From: the human T2T-CHM13v2.0 reference genome, Homo sapiens
Length of the DNA: 64,000 bases
Assembly: GCF_009914755.1 (NCBI RefSeq)
Contig: NC_060926.1
Reading direction: 5' to 3' (one strand)
Shown: one piece after another, positions 28,841-46,799 of the stretch
How the letters are laid out: each line of letters starts with the position of its first letter
Position numbering within the stretch: the stretch's first letter is position 1
Position numbers and translations under genes: made by a program
The notes under the pieces: model-generated
Told to the model about the DNA's origin: nothing
Seen by the model: the letters and a program-made list of their open reading frames with translations, nothing else
Databases searched by the model: none

Positions 28841-30496
28841 GCACCTCCATCTCCCTCAGACGTCTTTGCTGTTATTTCCTGTTCCCCTGGTGCCGCCTAC
28901 ACAAATTTCATTCATTCATTCACTCTTTCATTCCTTCATCCATTCATCTCTTCAATACTTATCAATAACTATGGTGTGGTACACAATGGGCCCAGGTCGC
29001 ACCTTAAGGAGCTCACATTTGGAGAGTGGGGAGGAGAGAAAGAAAAGCAAGCAAAGCATGGGTGCCCGGGCCTGGCAGCACAGGGGCAGACAGGACACGT
29101 GGTTCAGCCTGGGGAAAGGGAAGCCTTCCTGGGTGAGTTGACACTGCCCCTGGGACTAGAAGGATGAGTAGATCCCACAGAAAAGAAGTCGTGTGATGTG
29201 CAAACATTCAGAAGAGGGAGAGGGCCTCCCCTCTGAGCCTGCTCTCTTCCTGCCAGGCTGTGGCCTGGAACAGGCTCCCTCCCACACTCAGTTTTCAAGG
29301 GAAGGGCAGAGGCCACCTGCTCTTCAAGCTTTGCAGAGGTCTCCATTGGCAGTGGAGCCAGAGCACGTATAGGGGAGGTGTCTCTTTCATCTCCCCAGGA
29401 GGGTCGGCCGTGTTGGGAACACCCCGTGATGCTAATTATTCAAATGGGCTTGTCCTCTGAGAAGCCGCTCTCCTCTGAACTTCAAACATTTTGACCAGTA
29501 CTAATTGAGCAGCAAAGCATCCAGGAGATTAGATCTGCCCCAAACCAATTAGTTTAACTCTGGAGAAGTTTACCAAACATTTTTCTGTGATCAAAGACTC
29601 TTTTTTTTGCAGAGGGTGTGATGCTCCACCCATCTGTCTTCCTTTGCCACGGGTGGACAGACGGCAGAGGAGAAGCGTGTCTCTCCTCTGCAGGTGGCCC
29701 TGGTGTCATGGGGTTAAAAGTCTGCGTTTTCAACATTCTCACAATGGCTGTGAGGACCCCCTGTTGTTTCTGTGACTTGGTGCAGAGATAAGAAAGGTCT
29801 TGGGGCTTTGAGGGAGGTGGTGCCTGAGACCCCCCTCAGGCACTGAGAGACATAATCCCAAGGCCCGGGGGGGTTCCATGGAAGGAAGGATGGCAAGGCC
29901 CTTCGCATGACCGTGTTGCCTAGGCTGGGTCAGCTGCATGATGGCCGTCGTTTGAGTCACTCACCATTCGCTAAGTGGCCTCACCAGTGCCAGGTGCCGG
30001 GGATGTCACAGATGAGGGAGAGGCCACCTAGGGCCTCCAGGAGCTGGTGTCCAGTGGGTGGGAGGCACAGCAGCACACGCAGTCATGGTGCAGTGTGGCC
30101 ACGGCCCTGTGTGCTGCTGAGGGGCCCTGAGCCTGCGCCCTGTCCCTCCTCCGAACGTTTGTACATCATACGACTTTTTTGTGGGATCTATTCGTCCTTT
30201 GAGTCCCAGTGGCGGTGTCAACCCACCCTGGAAGCCCTCCCTGTCTCCAGGCTGAATCGGGTGTTCTGTCTGCCTGATGCTGGGGCACCCGTCCTTCATT
30301 TGCTTTTCTTTCTCCCCTCTCCCCTCCCCAAAGGTGAACTTCTTAAGGTGGGACCTGGGCCTGTTGTCTGTGTATCCCCCCACAGAAGAGGTCCGATAAA
30401 TATCGAATAGATGGAGGAATAAAGGAATGGAATTGTGCGGGCAGCATAGGGGGAACAGGAAGTAATGGCTCAGCTGCCTGAGGGAGATGAAGGTGC
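28841..30496. repeat. Inverted duplication, arms 28841-29225 and 30137-30496 (L2-derived core plus flank)
   Basis: Arm 1 aligns to the reverse complement of arm 2 at roughly 80% in the core by eye. Confidence 0.9.
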
Positions 30497-31711
30497 GTCC
30501 CTCAGCTGACGCTTTGTGGTGACTGTGTCTGCTGACACCACTCTAGAATATTCTCTCCCTAGAACAATGCTGACAGGCATACAATCAAATAGATGGATAT
30601 TCCCTCCCCACCATGAAAGACTCATTTCATGGGAACAAGTCCGCACAGCAGCATGTGGGTGTGCACCCCACACACCAACCCCACCAAAACCCACAGTGTG
30701 CATGCCCATGTCTCCCCGCCCACCAGTGACGGGGCGTGCTCGGCCCCCCTTCCTCATGACAGCTGGTGACCCCGCTGCCCTTCCAGCTTTGTAATGGCAG
30801 AAACACAAGGACCAGAGAGGGAAGAGGAGAAGGCAAATGTTTATTGACGTGAGTACAGGCGCTCCTACCGCAAGAGAGGAAACACTAGCGCTGCGATTAT
30901 AAAGGTCATATACCTTGCACCTGTGGAATATTCTCCTGGAAGTTTCAATTCAGAAAATAACTAAAAATTTTTTATGAACAGAAAAATGGAGGTTGCCTTC
31001 CCCTTGAGGTAGTAGAAATGCATTTCTCTGGTTACGGACGAGATGAATTTAGAGCCAACAGCAATAGTCACACAAATGGCTTCAGGCAGGGTCTCGGCCA
31101 CCTCTTGGTTAAAGTTGCTACTTGAAGTTTTCTGTAAGAACAGTCACGATTTAGTAATTCTGGAGCCCCCGACCCCACTCAGTTCGGCCTCAGCAGATAT
31201 GCTCATTTGAAAACACGCATCAGCTGCCATTTTGCTTCAAGATGACCAAATGCCCCACAAATTAGCCCTGTCATGTATCATGATCCCCTTTAGTAGCATA
31301 AAGGGATCCTACATCCATCAACTCCTGTGCAGGTTATCGGGGAACAGAGAGAACGAGATAAACATGAATGTGAAGCAGTGCTGTTGAACCCATGCGTCAC
31401 CTTGCGTGGTCAATGAATGAGCATTGACGCACTTTTCAATAATCATAATGTTTACAAGTACTTGCTAAGTACCAGACACTGTGCTAAGTGCCTGAGATAC
31501 CTCACTCAGCATAGACTTAGGAGGTGTGTGTTATGGTCACCAGCTAACAAATGAGAAAATGAAATGAAGTGTTCATTGGCCGGGGCCATGACAGAGCTTG
31601 TAAGCCCAGAGCTGAGATGGGGCCCCAGTGGCCCACATATCTAAGTGGTGCGATGCACGGCACAGAGCGGACTATAGAGGCATCTGCATTATTATTACAT
31701 TTGTATTATTA

Positions 31712-32805
31712 TTTTGAGACAGGGTTTCATTCTGTCACTCAGGCTGAAGTGCAGTGGTGTGATCATAGCTCACTGAAACCTTGAACTCCTGGGCTCAAAC
31801 AATACTCCCACCTCAGCCTCCTGAATAGCTGAGACTATAGGTGCATGCTATCATGCCTGGCTAGTTTTCTTTTCTTTTCTTTTCTTTTCTTTTCTCTTCT
31901 CTTCTCTTCTTTTTCCCTCCCTCCCTTCCTTCCTTCCTTCCTCTTTCTCTCTCTTTCCTTCCTTCCTTTCTTCCTTCCCTCCCTCCCTCTCTCTTTCTTT
32001 CTCTTTCTCCTTCCTTCCTTTCTCTCTCTTTCTCCCTCTTTTCTTCCTTTCTCCGTTTCTTTCTTTTTCTTTCTCTCTCTCTCCTTCCTTTCTTCCTTCC
32101 TTCCTTTCTTCCTCTTTCTTTCTCCCTTTCTTTTCTCTCTCTCTCCTTTCTTTCTCTTTCTTTCTCTTTCCTTCCATCTCTTTCTTTCTTTCTCTCTTTC
32201 TTTTCTCTCTTTTTCTCTCCTTCCTTCCTTCCTTTCTTCCTTTCTCTCTCTTTCTCTCTTTCTTTCTCTCTCCTTCCTTCCGTCCTTTCTTTATCTCTTT
32301 CTCTTTCTTTCTTTCTCTCTTTATCTCTCTTTCTCTTTCTTTTTTTCTCTTTCTCCTTCTTTCCTTCTCTTTCTTTTTCTACCTTTATTTCTTTCTCTCT
32401 TCCTCTCTCTTTCTTTCTTTTTCTCCTTCTCTCTTTCTGTCTTTTCTCTCTCTCTCTCTTTCTTTCTTTTTCTCTCTCTCCTTCCTTCCTTCCTTCTCTC
32501 TCTCTTTCCCTCCCTCCACCCTCCCTCCCTCTCTCTCTTTCTCCCTTTCTTTCTTTCTCTCTCTCTCTTTCTCTCTTTCTTTCTTTTGTAGAGACAGGGT
32601 CTCACTGTGTTGCCCAGCCTAGTCTCCTAGTCTCTAGTAATCCTCCATGCCTGGCTAATTTATTTTCTTTCTGTCCCTTCCTTCTTTTCTTTCCTTCTTT
32701 CTTTGGTTTGTTCATTCTTGAGACAGGGTCTCACTATGTTGCCCAGGCTGGTCTCCTGGCCTCTAGTGATTCTCCCACCTTGGCCTCTTGAAGTGCTGGG
32801 ATCTT
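31712..32805 (-). mobile_element. AluJ whose central linker is expanded into a ~720-bp pyrimidine tract, with a partial left-arm duplication
   Basis: Right arm 31712-31864, tract 31865-32588, left-arm pieces at 32588-32660 and 32718-32805. Confidence 0.85.
31865..32588. repeat. CT-rich low-complexity polypyrimidine tract
   Basis: Nearly all C/T: mixed (TTTC)n, (TC)n, (CCTT)n. Confidence 0.95.
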
Positions 32806-33049
32806 CAGTGGGAACCCCCACACCAGGCCTGCATCTTCATTGGTACTGCTGTTATTCAGCACCAGAAAAGATCTGTGCCTCTTTGAGGAGGGACACATCA
32901 GAGGCACATGGCCCTTCACTCTCCAGGGGTCACAGGGGAATCTTGACCACCCTGGGCACGGAAGTCAGGTTGTCAATCATTAGCCCAAATAGGAAGAGGG
33001 ACAAGGGCTCCTGGGCACAACACACTCATCCCATGCAGTCTTCCCCAGC

Positions 33050-33365
33050 TCACTGAAGACCTGTGACCTGTGGCCTGAGTTGTTGACTTGCCTGGCCCTT
33101 ATTGATCTGATGCTTTTGTGCACAGGTGAGCTCCTCCCTTTCCTTCCAGCCCCCCTGTTGGAGGATGAGAGACCACATAGACGCAGACCCCAAACAGGTG
33201 AGTGACGCCAAGCCTAGAGCAGCCAAGTTCAGCTCAGCCCAGAAGGAAGATGCCACTGAGCCCAGCTCACATCACTAACACACAGAATCATGAGTGAACA
33301 TGACAACTGTCGGAAGCCACTGAGTTTTGGGAGTATTTGTAACCTACCAATAGATAACTGGGGCA
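33050..33365 (+). mobile_element. Old MLT1 LTR (F/G/H-like)
   Basis: CTGAGCCCAGC...CACAGAATCATGAG...AAGCCACTGAGTTTTGGG...TTTGT...CAATAGATAACTG. Confidence 0.7.
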
Positions 33366-33771
33366 CAGGGCAAGCTCATAGGAACAAAGCCCAGTCATGG
33401 AACTGAAGCTGGGGGCTGGGGAGCTGGCGGGGTTACGGAGCCATTCTCTTTGTCTCTCTCCGGGGATGCATGGTGGCTGTCAACAGCACCACTGCCCCTT
33501 CTCTTAGGCCACTCTCAGCAATCTTGCTGCCTCAGCCCTAACTCCACGTGGCCATTCAGCGCAAGAGCTCACCATTACCAAATGACTGGCCCTTGGGTCT
33601 CCTTGACTGACACGCACCCTGAACCCAGTTGGCCCAGCTCAGCTGCCGTGATGAGCTACCTGATGCCGGTGGGCACTTTGGGCAGGAGGCATTATGGGGA
33701 AGCTCTCCAGGAAAGGGCTTGTGCCAGGGCAGGTAGTGGAACACGGTATTCCATCACTCATATGAGGGAGG

Positions 33772-34760
33772 ATGTAAGGATAGGAAACCTGAAGTGCCTT
33801 TCTTATACACTCAACACCACTCTTCTGACACCAGATGTGTGAGTTTTTTTTTTCCCACACACCAAGCAATTCTTCAACAGACCCCAACTGGGTTTCTATA
33901 ATGCCACTCAGTTCTGACACTGTCGCCTGGAGGTAGCGTCGGATCCCACAGGCGAAGGGCTCCGTCCCACAAGGCTGTCCCCTCTTCAGACGCCAATCAC
34001 AAGCCCTGGTGTATGACTCGTGTTCCTGACTGACTGGCTGTACATTGGGGGTTCCACAGTCCCCCTCCTCAGGTTTGACTAATTTGCTAGGATGGCTCAC
34101 AGATCTCAGGGAAATGCTTACATTTACTGATTTATTATAAAGGGTGTCACAGGTGATACAGGTGAGCAGCCAGAGGGAAAGGATGCGTGACACACGCCTG
34201 TGGGAAGAGGTGTGGAGCTTCCATGCCCTCTGTGGGCACACGCCCCGCCCTCTAACGCCCCCCATGTGTTCAGCAATCCAGAGACTCTCCGAGCCCCAGA
34301 GTTCTGGGGTTTTCATGGCAGTTTCAACATAAGCATGATTGATTATTAACCTGGCTTCCAGCTCCTCTCTTTCTCTGGTGAATGCGGGATGGAGCTGAAA
34401 GCTCCAAGCCTCTCATCAGGGCTTGGGATTTCCAGTGACCGTTCTCCTGGCCAGGAGTCCACCAAGAGTCACTTCATTAGAAAAAAAAAAAAAGTTCCTA
34501 TCATCCAGGAAATTCCAAGGGATTTAGGAGCTCTGTGTCAGGCACCAGGATCAAAGACCGAATATTAGAACCAAAGATTCTCCGAGCACCCCTATCTACA
34601 AAGGTTTCAGGAGCTCTGTCTCAAAAACCGGGGCAGAGACCAAATGTTAGAACAAAAAATTCTCCTAGCACACTTCTTGCTCAAGAAATTACAAGGTTTT
34701 TAGGAGCTCTGTGCCAGGGACTGGGGGCAGAGATCAACATATATGTTTTTTATTATGTCA
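33772..34760 (-). mobile_element. MER21-family LTR (ERVL)
   Basis: CTTCTGACACCAGATGTGTG, CAGTTCTGACACT, GATCCCACAGG, AATTTGCTAGGATGGCTCACAGA, three AGGAGCTCTGT repeats; ends TTATTATGTCA. Confidence 0.85.
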
Positions 34761-35149
34761 GAGAGGACATGGTGAGATTTTCACGTGATAGGATTTTCCT
34801 GTCTCTGAAGACGTAAAACAGGAGTAATTTTGCTTACTAGCTCTGAGTCACTTTAAGCACAAGTGATAAACGTGTGTCTTATCACACGCTTTGGATAAAA
34901 GCAGATAAAATTTTGGATAAAATTGGATAATTTTATTCAATTCTCTGCCTCTTAAAAAATACTCGGCGAGGTATGGGAGGAATGCCTCCATGCTATATCT
35001 TTATTGACACACATGGCAGATCTCACAGGATTCCCCTGGGTCTGGACCAAACACACACAGACCCACTCTTCCCTTTGGTTCATTTTCCTTTTGGGAGTGG
35101 TATTTTTTTTTCTTTTCCTGTTTCCACCATCCCTTCATACACCTTCCCA

Positions 35150-38100
<2,951 letters not shown>

Positions 38101-39401
38101 TTACATTTTGGAATGCCAGTAACAAGAATCTTGAGTCGCTTTTACAGGCACAAAGTGTCCAGGGCTCTCCCAGCACAGCCTGCTTGGAGTTCAGTGGAGG
38201 GTTGAGCCTCACAGGCTTTGCACGGCTTGAGGACAGGACCCAGGATTCACCAACATCCCATGGGGCCCGTTATGGGAACCAGCATTACAATATTTTATTT
38301 AATCTGAAGTTCCTGTGCTTTCCAGCACCTGCTGCTCCTCCCACCCAGGACAATGCCGCCTAACAATGCTGCTGGAGCCTAGCCAGCACTGGCAGAGCAA
38401 AGTCTGAAATGGAGGCTAGGAGACCCACCCAGCCCTGCCTGTGTTCTGTTCATGCTGTGTGACCCTGGGCAAGTCACTTGGCCTCTCTGAGCCTCAAACC
38501 CCTTGGTCACAAAATGGGGGGAATCATGCCTGGCCTTCTTCACACATTTGGTTTTGTGGATCAAAATCTAAAAGCAGCCATATAGGTGGGGCTGCTTGAG
38601 AAACCACCGAATGTAGTGCAAACCCAGGGGAATTTTCTCACCATGCAGAGGGAGCTCTCTGCTGTCCTCCGAACAATTCGATTGCAAAACAATTCTTATT
38701 TAATTGGATTTGTCTGCGTAGGTCAAATAATAATAATTACTGAGAGTGGTAATCGTATCAAGGACAGCTCACCATGCTTCTATTACATAACTCAAGCTTC
38801 TCCCTAACGCCCCAATTCAAAAGCCTCTCCCATTTGCCTGTTCGTGACTCAGGATCACCATCAATCCTGTGCTTGCAGAAAGGCCCTCAGCTCCTTCTCC
38901 CATGAGGCGAACAAACAGCCGCGATGTTATCCTTGACCTGGTGTTTTCACACCCAACCACAGAGTAAATATGAACAAATTGCTCAACCTTGAAAAGCATC
39001 GTCAGTGATCCACATACAGGTATGCCATCAGATTAGGGGCTTTGAAAGGTCAAGGGGAGAATGATGCTGTGGGATTACCTGTTCTTTTAGCTGAAATGCG
39101 TTGAAAGCACCTACCTCCACCTGAGGCAGCCCTGGAGGTCCCTGTCTGCCACAACCCCCGATGCCTGGCTTCCCTCTCTGCGCCTGTTCCTGGAGCCAGT
39201 TCTTTCCTCCGGCTCCCCAGGGAGAGTTAGCAGGGGGCTCAGGCCCCTCATCTGATTCCGGTTTTCTGGCTGGCCTCACTCCCAGGGCCCCTTGCCCACT
39301 TTGGTAAGCAGATCACTGATTAGGCACGGAGCTGTGGGGGCACACACAGTCCATACCCTGGCTGTGCAGCTGCACCAGACACAGGGCATCCTCAGGAGCT
39401 G

Positions 39402-40100
39402 CCTCCAATTCCATCTGCTGAGGCTTTTCAGCTCCAATTCCACCTGCCGAGACTTCTCACCTCCAATTCCACCCACAGAGGCTTCTCACCTCCAGTTCCA
39501 CCTGCCTAGGCTTCTCACCTCCAAATCTATCCACCAAGGCTTCTCACCTCCAATTCCACCCACAGAGGCTTCTCACCTCCAGTTCCACCCACCGAGGCTT
39601 CTCACCTCCAGTTCCACCCACTGAGGCTTCTCACCTCCAATTCCACCCACCGAGGCTTCTCACCTCCAGTTCCACCCACCGAGGCTTCTCACCTCCAGTT
39701 CCACTCACCGAGGCTTCTCACCTCCAGTTCCACCTGGTGAGGCCTCTCACCCCCACTTCCATTCATGGAGGCTTCTCACCTCCAGTTCCACCTGCCAAGA
39801 CTTCTCACCTCCAATTCTATCCACCAACGCTTCTCACCTCCAGTTCCACCTACCGAGGCTTCTCACCTCCAATTCCACCCACCGAGGCTTCTCACCTCCA
39901 GTTCCACCCACCGAGGCTTCTCACCTCCAGTTCCACCCACCGAGGCTTCTCACCTCCAGTTCCACCCACCGAGGCTTCTCACCTCCAGTTCCACCCGCCG
40001 AGGCTTCTCACCTCCAGTTCCACCTGCTGAGGCCTCTCACCCCCACTTCCATTCATGGAGGCTTCTCATCTCCATTTCCACCTGCCAAGATTTCTCACCT
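39402..40100. repeat. 29-bp minisatellite (VNTR-like), ~24 copies
   Basis: Unit CCGAGGCTTCTCACCTCCAGTTCCACCCA; the translated frames repeat every 29 aa (3 units). Confidence 0.95.
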
Positions 40101-40526
40101 GCTAGAACCAACAATGACTCTCTGAGGCCTCTAGAGCTGCCTTCACATTTCAGGAGAAAAATGACTGCTTACAACTTTTAAGAGAAATAGAAATTAATCA
40201 AGCCACCGACTCAGGAGAAAGGCTTGGTCACTCATCTATTTTGGTCTGCTGAGCTGGAACTCAGGGCCCTTTCCATTGTGGACATTCATGCCCTGTAGTT
40301 TGAGAAAATGTTCGTGAACGATTTCGTTGTTTATTTCCTCTCTTGTTTTCTCCTCTTTCTGGAATGCCCTTTTTTAAAAAAGTTGGGCCTCCTGGTGGGA
40401 CCTTCCATTTCTTGTCTTTTTCCATCTATGCCTTCACTTTACCTTTTTGCTCTACTTCCTAGAATTCTTCAACTCAGTGTTCTAGTCCTTCTGCTGACTG
40501 TTTCATTTCTGCTCTCAAGTTTTTAA

Positions 40527-41141
<615 letters not shown>

Positions 41142-42157
41142 TGCCCAACCTTATCTGTATCTTTAGGCCTTTATTTTGGAGCTGGTGGGATTGCAAAAAG
41201 CATCTTGGTGTGAAGATGCTTTTTTTTTTTTTTTAATCCTGTTTTAAAACCTGGTCACAGGTTCTCAAATGCCTTCAATAAACATTTGAGAGCAGTTTCA
41301 CACAGAACAGAATCAGTTTTTGAAAATCAGATTTCTATGGTGCCTGCTCTAAGAAAGTAAGATGCACCCAGAATGCAGGACCAGCACCAGGCTGTGCAGC
41401 TGCACCTGCTTTGGAATTTCTGGAAGGTGAGGGCAATCACTCTGGCAACATGCAGGCAGAGAACCAGCCTCACTTTGCATCAATCAGCAGTGAATGTGAC
41501 ATACCCACTGTGGCATCTAGGTAAGCCATAGGGAGCTGGCTGTCTCAGCCAACAAAGATTCCCTGGATGGCCTCTGTGACAGCCTCTAGCAGGACGGCGT
41601 GGGCAGAATTTCAGAGGGTTCACAGCTCTTCCAGGGAGCTTGCATGCATTCAGGGTCTGGATCTATTTCACAACATGTCTGATTTCTTCTATTCTGACTG
41701 CTCTTGTTTCTATCCACTGGGAAACTTCTGATTACTTCTGTCTCGTGCGATCCAGAGTCTCAGAAACAGCACCCTGATGTTCCCTCGAGTCTCTCGGGTG
41801 ACTGAGTCATGGTTCTCACTGTTTGCAACTCCTACCAGAAAGTTCTACACATTGCCTGCAGGCTTTGGAAGACACCACCCAAACAAAACGTTTAATTTAA
41901 AACTCAGTCCCCAGGAGACGAGAGTAGTGTTGTTATTACTTATCGCTTCTGAAGCGTTCTGGCTCTGAGCCTCTGGGGATTCATAAGGCCAGCAAAGCCC
42001 CCATTCAAACATTTAGGGTGGGCGCTGCATCCTGGGTCAGCACAGTTCGAAGCTGACCGTGGAGTAAAGAGAAGAGTGGGTGAAATCTCCAATAATGCAC
42101 AGAATGCTGGGTTTCCAAAGAGAGAGGGATATTTATTGATTTATTTATTATTCTTAG

Positions 42158-42452
<295 letters not shown>

Positions 42453-42984
42453 GAGAGAGGGATTTTTATTCCCGGGATCTGTCATAAGATCTGCCGTGTC
42501 ATGGAGCAGTCAGCCTCAAGTGTACTCACAGGCAAAGTTCAGTGTTATCTAGATCCAGAACAAGGAAGTTGCCTTGTTCCACAAACATTAATAGAAGCCC
42601 TGGAATTACGCTCCAGAGGTGCAGAGCTGGCTGAGCCTGGGTCACTGCCTCAAATGAGTTCACAGTGTCCTGAGGGAAACAGACAGGGAAATGCCGCATC
42701 GGCATGCTGGGGCCAGGAGCAGTGGGTTACCTGAGGCCTGCATGGTGTCTGAAGGGATGGGGGAGCCCCAGGGGGCAGTCGTCTTCCCCCAACATCAAGG
42801 CCAGACTCAGAGCTCAGTGCTCAGGGGTTCTTGGCCCCACCCTGTAAGAGAGACATGGACAACAAGGAGCAAGTTCAGAGGAGCAGCTGGAGGCTGAGGG
42901 GCTTGTCCCCATGTCCTGCGTGTTCCCTCAGGGAACTACAGTTGTTTTGCTGGAAGGAAAAGGCTGGGAGTGGCAAGAGTGAAA

Positions 42985-44817
<1,833 letters not shown>

Positions 44818-46577
44818 CTACTTCCAGTGGCAGTGAGTTCCACATCGCTGGGAGTATTTAACAAAGCAGAGATTGTGCCACTGCCCAGGAGAGCTACTGG
44901 AGAGATTGTTCACACACAGGCTTTGGAAGGCAGGATTGACTAGATGACTATGAGTCCTTTCTGACCCTAAAACCCTGTAATTTTACAATGGATTCAGAGA
45001 CACACTCATGAGCGTATAGTAGGTGCTCAGTCAAGGATTTGCTGACCCAGCTGATCATGAATGATCCTCCTAGGCCTAAGTCTTGTGCCGCCTCCCAGGT
45101 GCCAAGCCCTTTAACCACAAGGAAGCAGGTGTCTCATCCCTGGCAACAACTCTGTCCATTAGGAGGCAAGCCTGCCTTTCCCTGGGCTGACATTTCCATA
45201 CCCAAACATCAACAACCAAATATGAGAACTGGCCCTTGGAGAGCCTGGCCCTGCGTGGGAACCACCAGTCACAGTTCCAGGAGCCTCAGCGCTTCTCGCC
45301 CCCGGCCCTGTGCCACCTCTCCCCGGAAGCCTCTGCCTCAGCAGCCCCTACCCTTTGCATGCCTCACTGGCTGGCTATTTACACAACTTGGGCGATGACG
45401 CTGGGGCCAGGCTCATGCCGGGGCGGCAGCTTTCTGCATGCCACATCCTGGAGCGAGGGGAACCCCCCGAGAGGATGGTTACTCAACAGCACCTGTAAAC
45501 CGTCCCACTGATTCACCCATAAGCCATCCAGGGAGGCAGTGAGGCTGAGCCAGCTTTGCTTTTGCAGAATGAGGGACTGTGCTGTGGACTCAAGCTGTCT
45601 CTAGAACACACACACGTCACAAATGAGACCCTTAGAGCTGGCTACAATCCAAAGTAGATGAGTCCAGCTTCTAACAGCGTGCAGGCTGCCACGGTGAGAG
45701 TCACGGAGACCGACCCTTGGCACAATAAGACTGTGGACTGAGGCCAGTGCCTGTGGACTGAGGCTGGTGCTGTCTAAGAGTCACCCTCCCTTCCGTACAT
45801 GTGTACCTTACCACCACGCAATGGCCCTCCGTGAGTGGCCGTGCCCCCCGCTCAGCAATGACCTAGCAAGGAAACTGAGGCTCACAGAGGTGACGTGTCT
45901 GTTCTAAGTTCGTGAATGCCAACTTAGAATTGGTGGAGCTGGGAACAGAACCCAGGTCTTCGGACCTGATGTTGGCCACATGGGTGGGCCCCACAGTCAG
46001 GACAAGAGGGGTGGGGGCTCTGCAGAAGGATGGGGCTGTGGGTGGACAGCCAGGGCCTTTTCCAGACGTGGGCCATGGAAGTCCAGCAGCTGGATCAAAA
46101 CCCCATGAGCTGAGCCTGCCCCTATGGATCACAGGTCACAGACATGTCTTCGGAAGCCAGTCGGGGAGGCCAGGGCTGGGGCGGGCCAGGACCAATCCAC
46201 ACCAGAGGCACAACAGCAGTTCCCAAGGAAGAGCAGTCGAGGGCAAGGGCCAGCCAGGCTGGGGTAAAACCCCACCAGGGTTGCATCCACTTAGCTGCTG
46301 GGGAAGGGGCCCAACTGGCCACAGAGCCTTGCAGGTGGGCCAGGTGAGGGGCAGGCCGCAGGAGGGAGCTGCTTCCCCACCTGGGAGCCCAGCACTGGCG
46401 TTCCCTGCTTGTCCCACATCTGCGTCATCAGTCACCGTGGTTAACAAGGCTCCCCGTGCCTGCCACATGCCGGTCACGGAAGGGCAAGAGGGATGGGATT
46501 TGCCCACTGTCCTCCAGAGGGGTTTCCTCTGGGTGCAGAGTTAGGCAAAGTCAGCCTCCGCGCTATGGGTGGGGATA

Positions 46578-46790
46578 TTCCCTCCCTGCTTCCTTCCTTC
46601 TTTCCCTCCCTCCCTCTCCCTCCCTCCCTCTCCCTCCCTCCCTCTCTCTCTCCCTCCTTCCCTCCCTCCTTCCTTCCCTCCCTCCCTCCCTCCTTCCTTC
46701 CTTCTTTCCTTCCTTCCTTCTCTCCCTCCATCCCTCCTTCCCTCACTTCCGCCCTCCTTCCTCCCTTCCTTCTTTTCTTCCTTCTGTCCT
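46578..46790. repeat. (CCCT/CCTT)n polypyrimidine tract
   Basis: Direct inspection. Confidence 0.95.
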
Positions 46791-46799
46791 TTAGAGTAT

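Noticed and set aside
31845-32605. 248-aa F/L/S-rich and K/E/R-rich ORFs
   Set aside because: Translations of the CT/AG low-complexity tract.
33639-34816. 225-aa ORF and the triple AGGAGCTCTGT repeat
   Set aside because: Internal features of the MER21 LTR.
39402-40100. CRISPR-like array, or repetitive protein ORFs (39292-40181)
   Set aside because: Units are contiguous with no unique spacers, there are no cas genes and the context is human; the ORFs are just stop-poor frames of the minisatellite.
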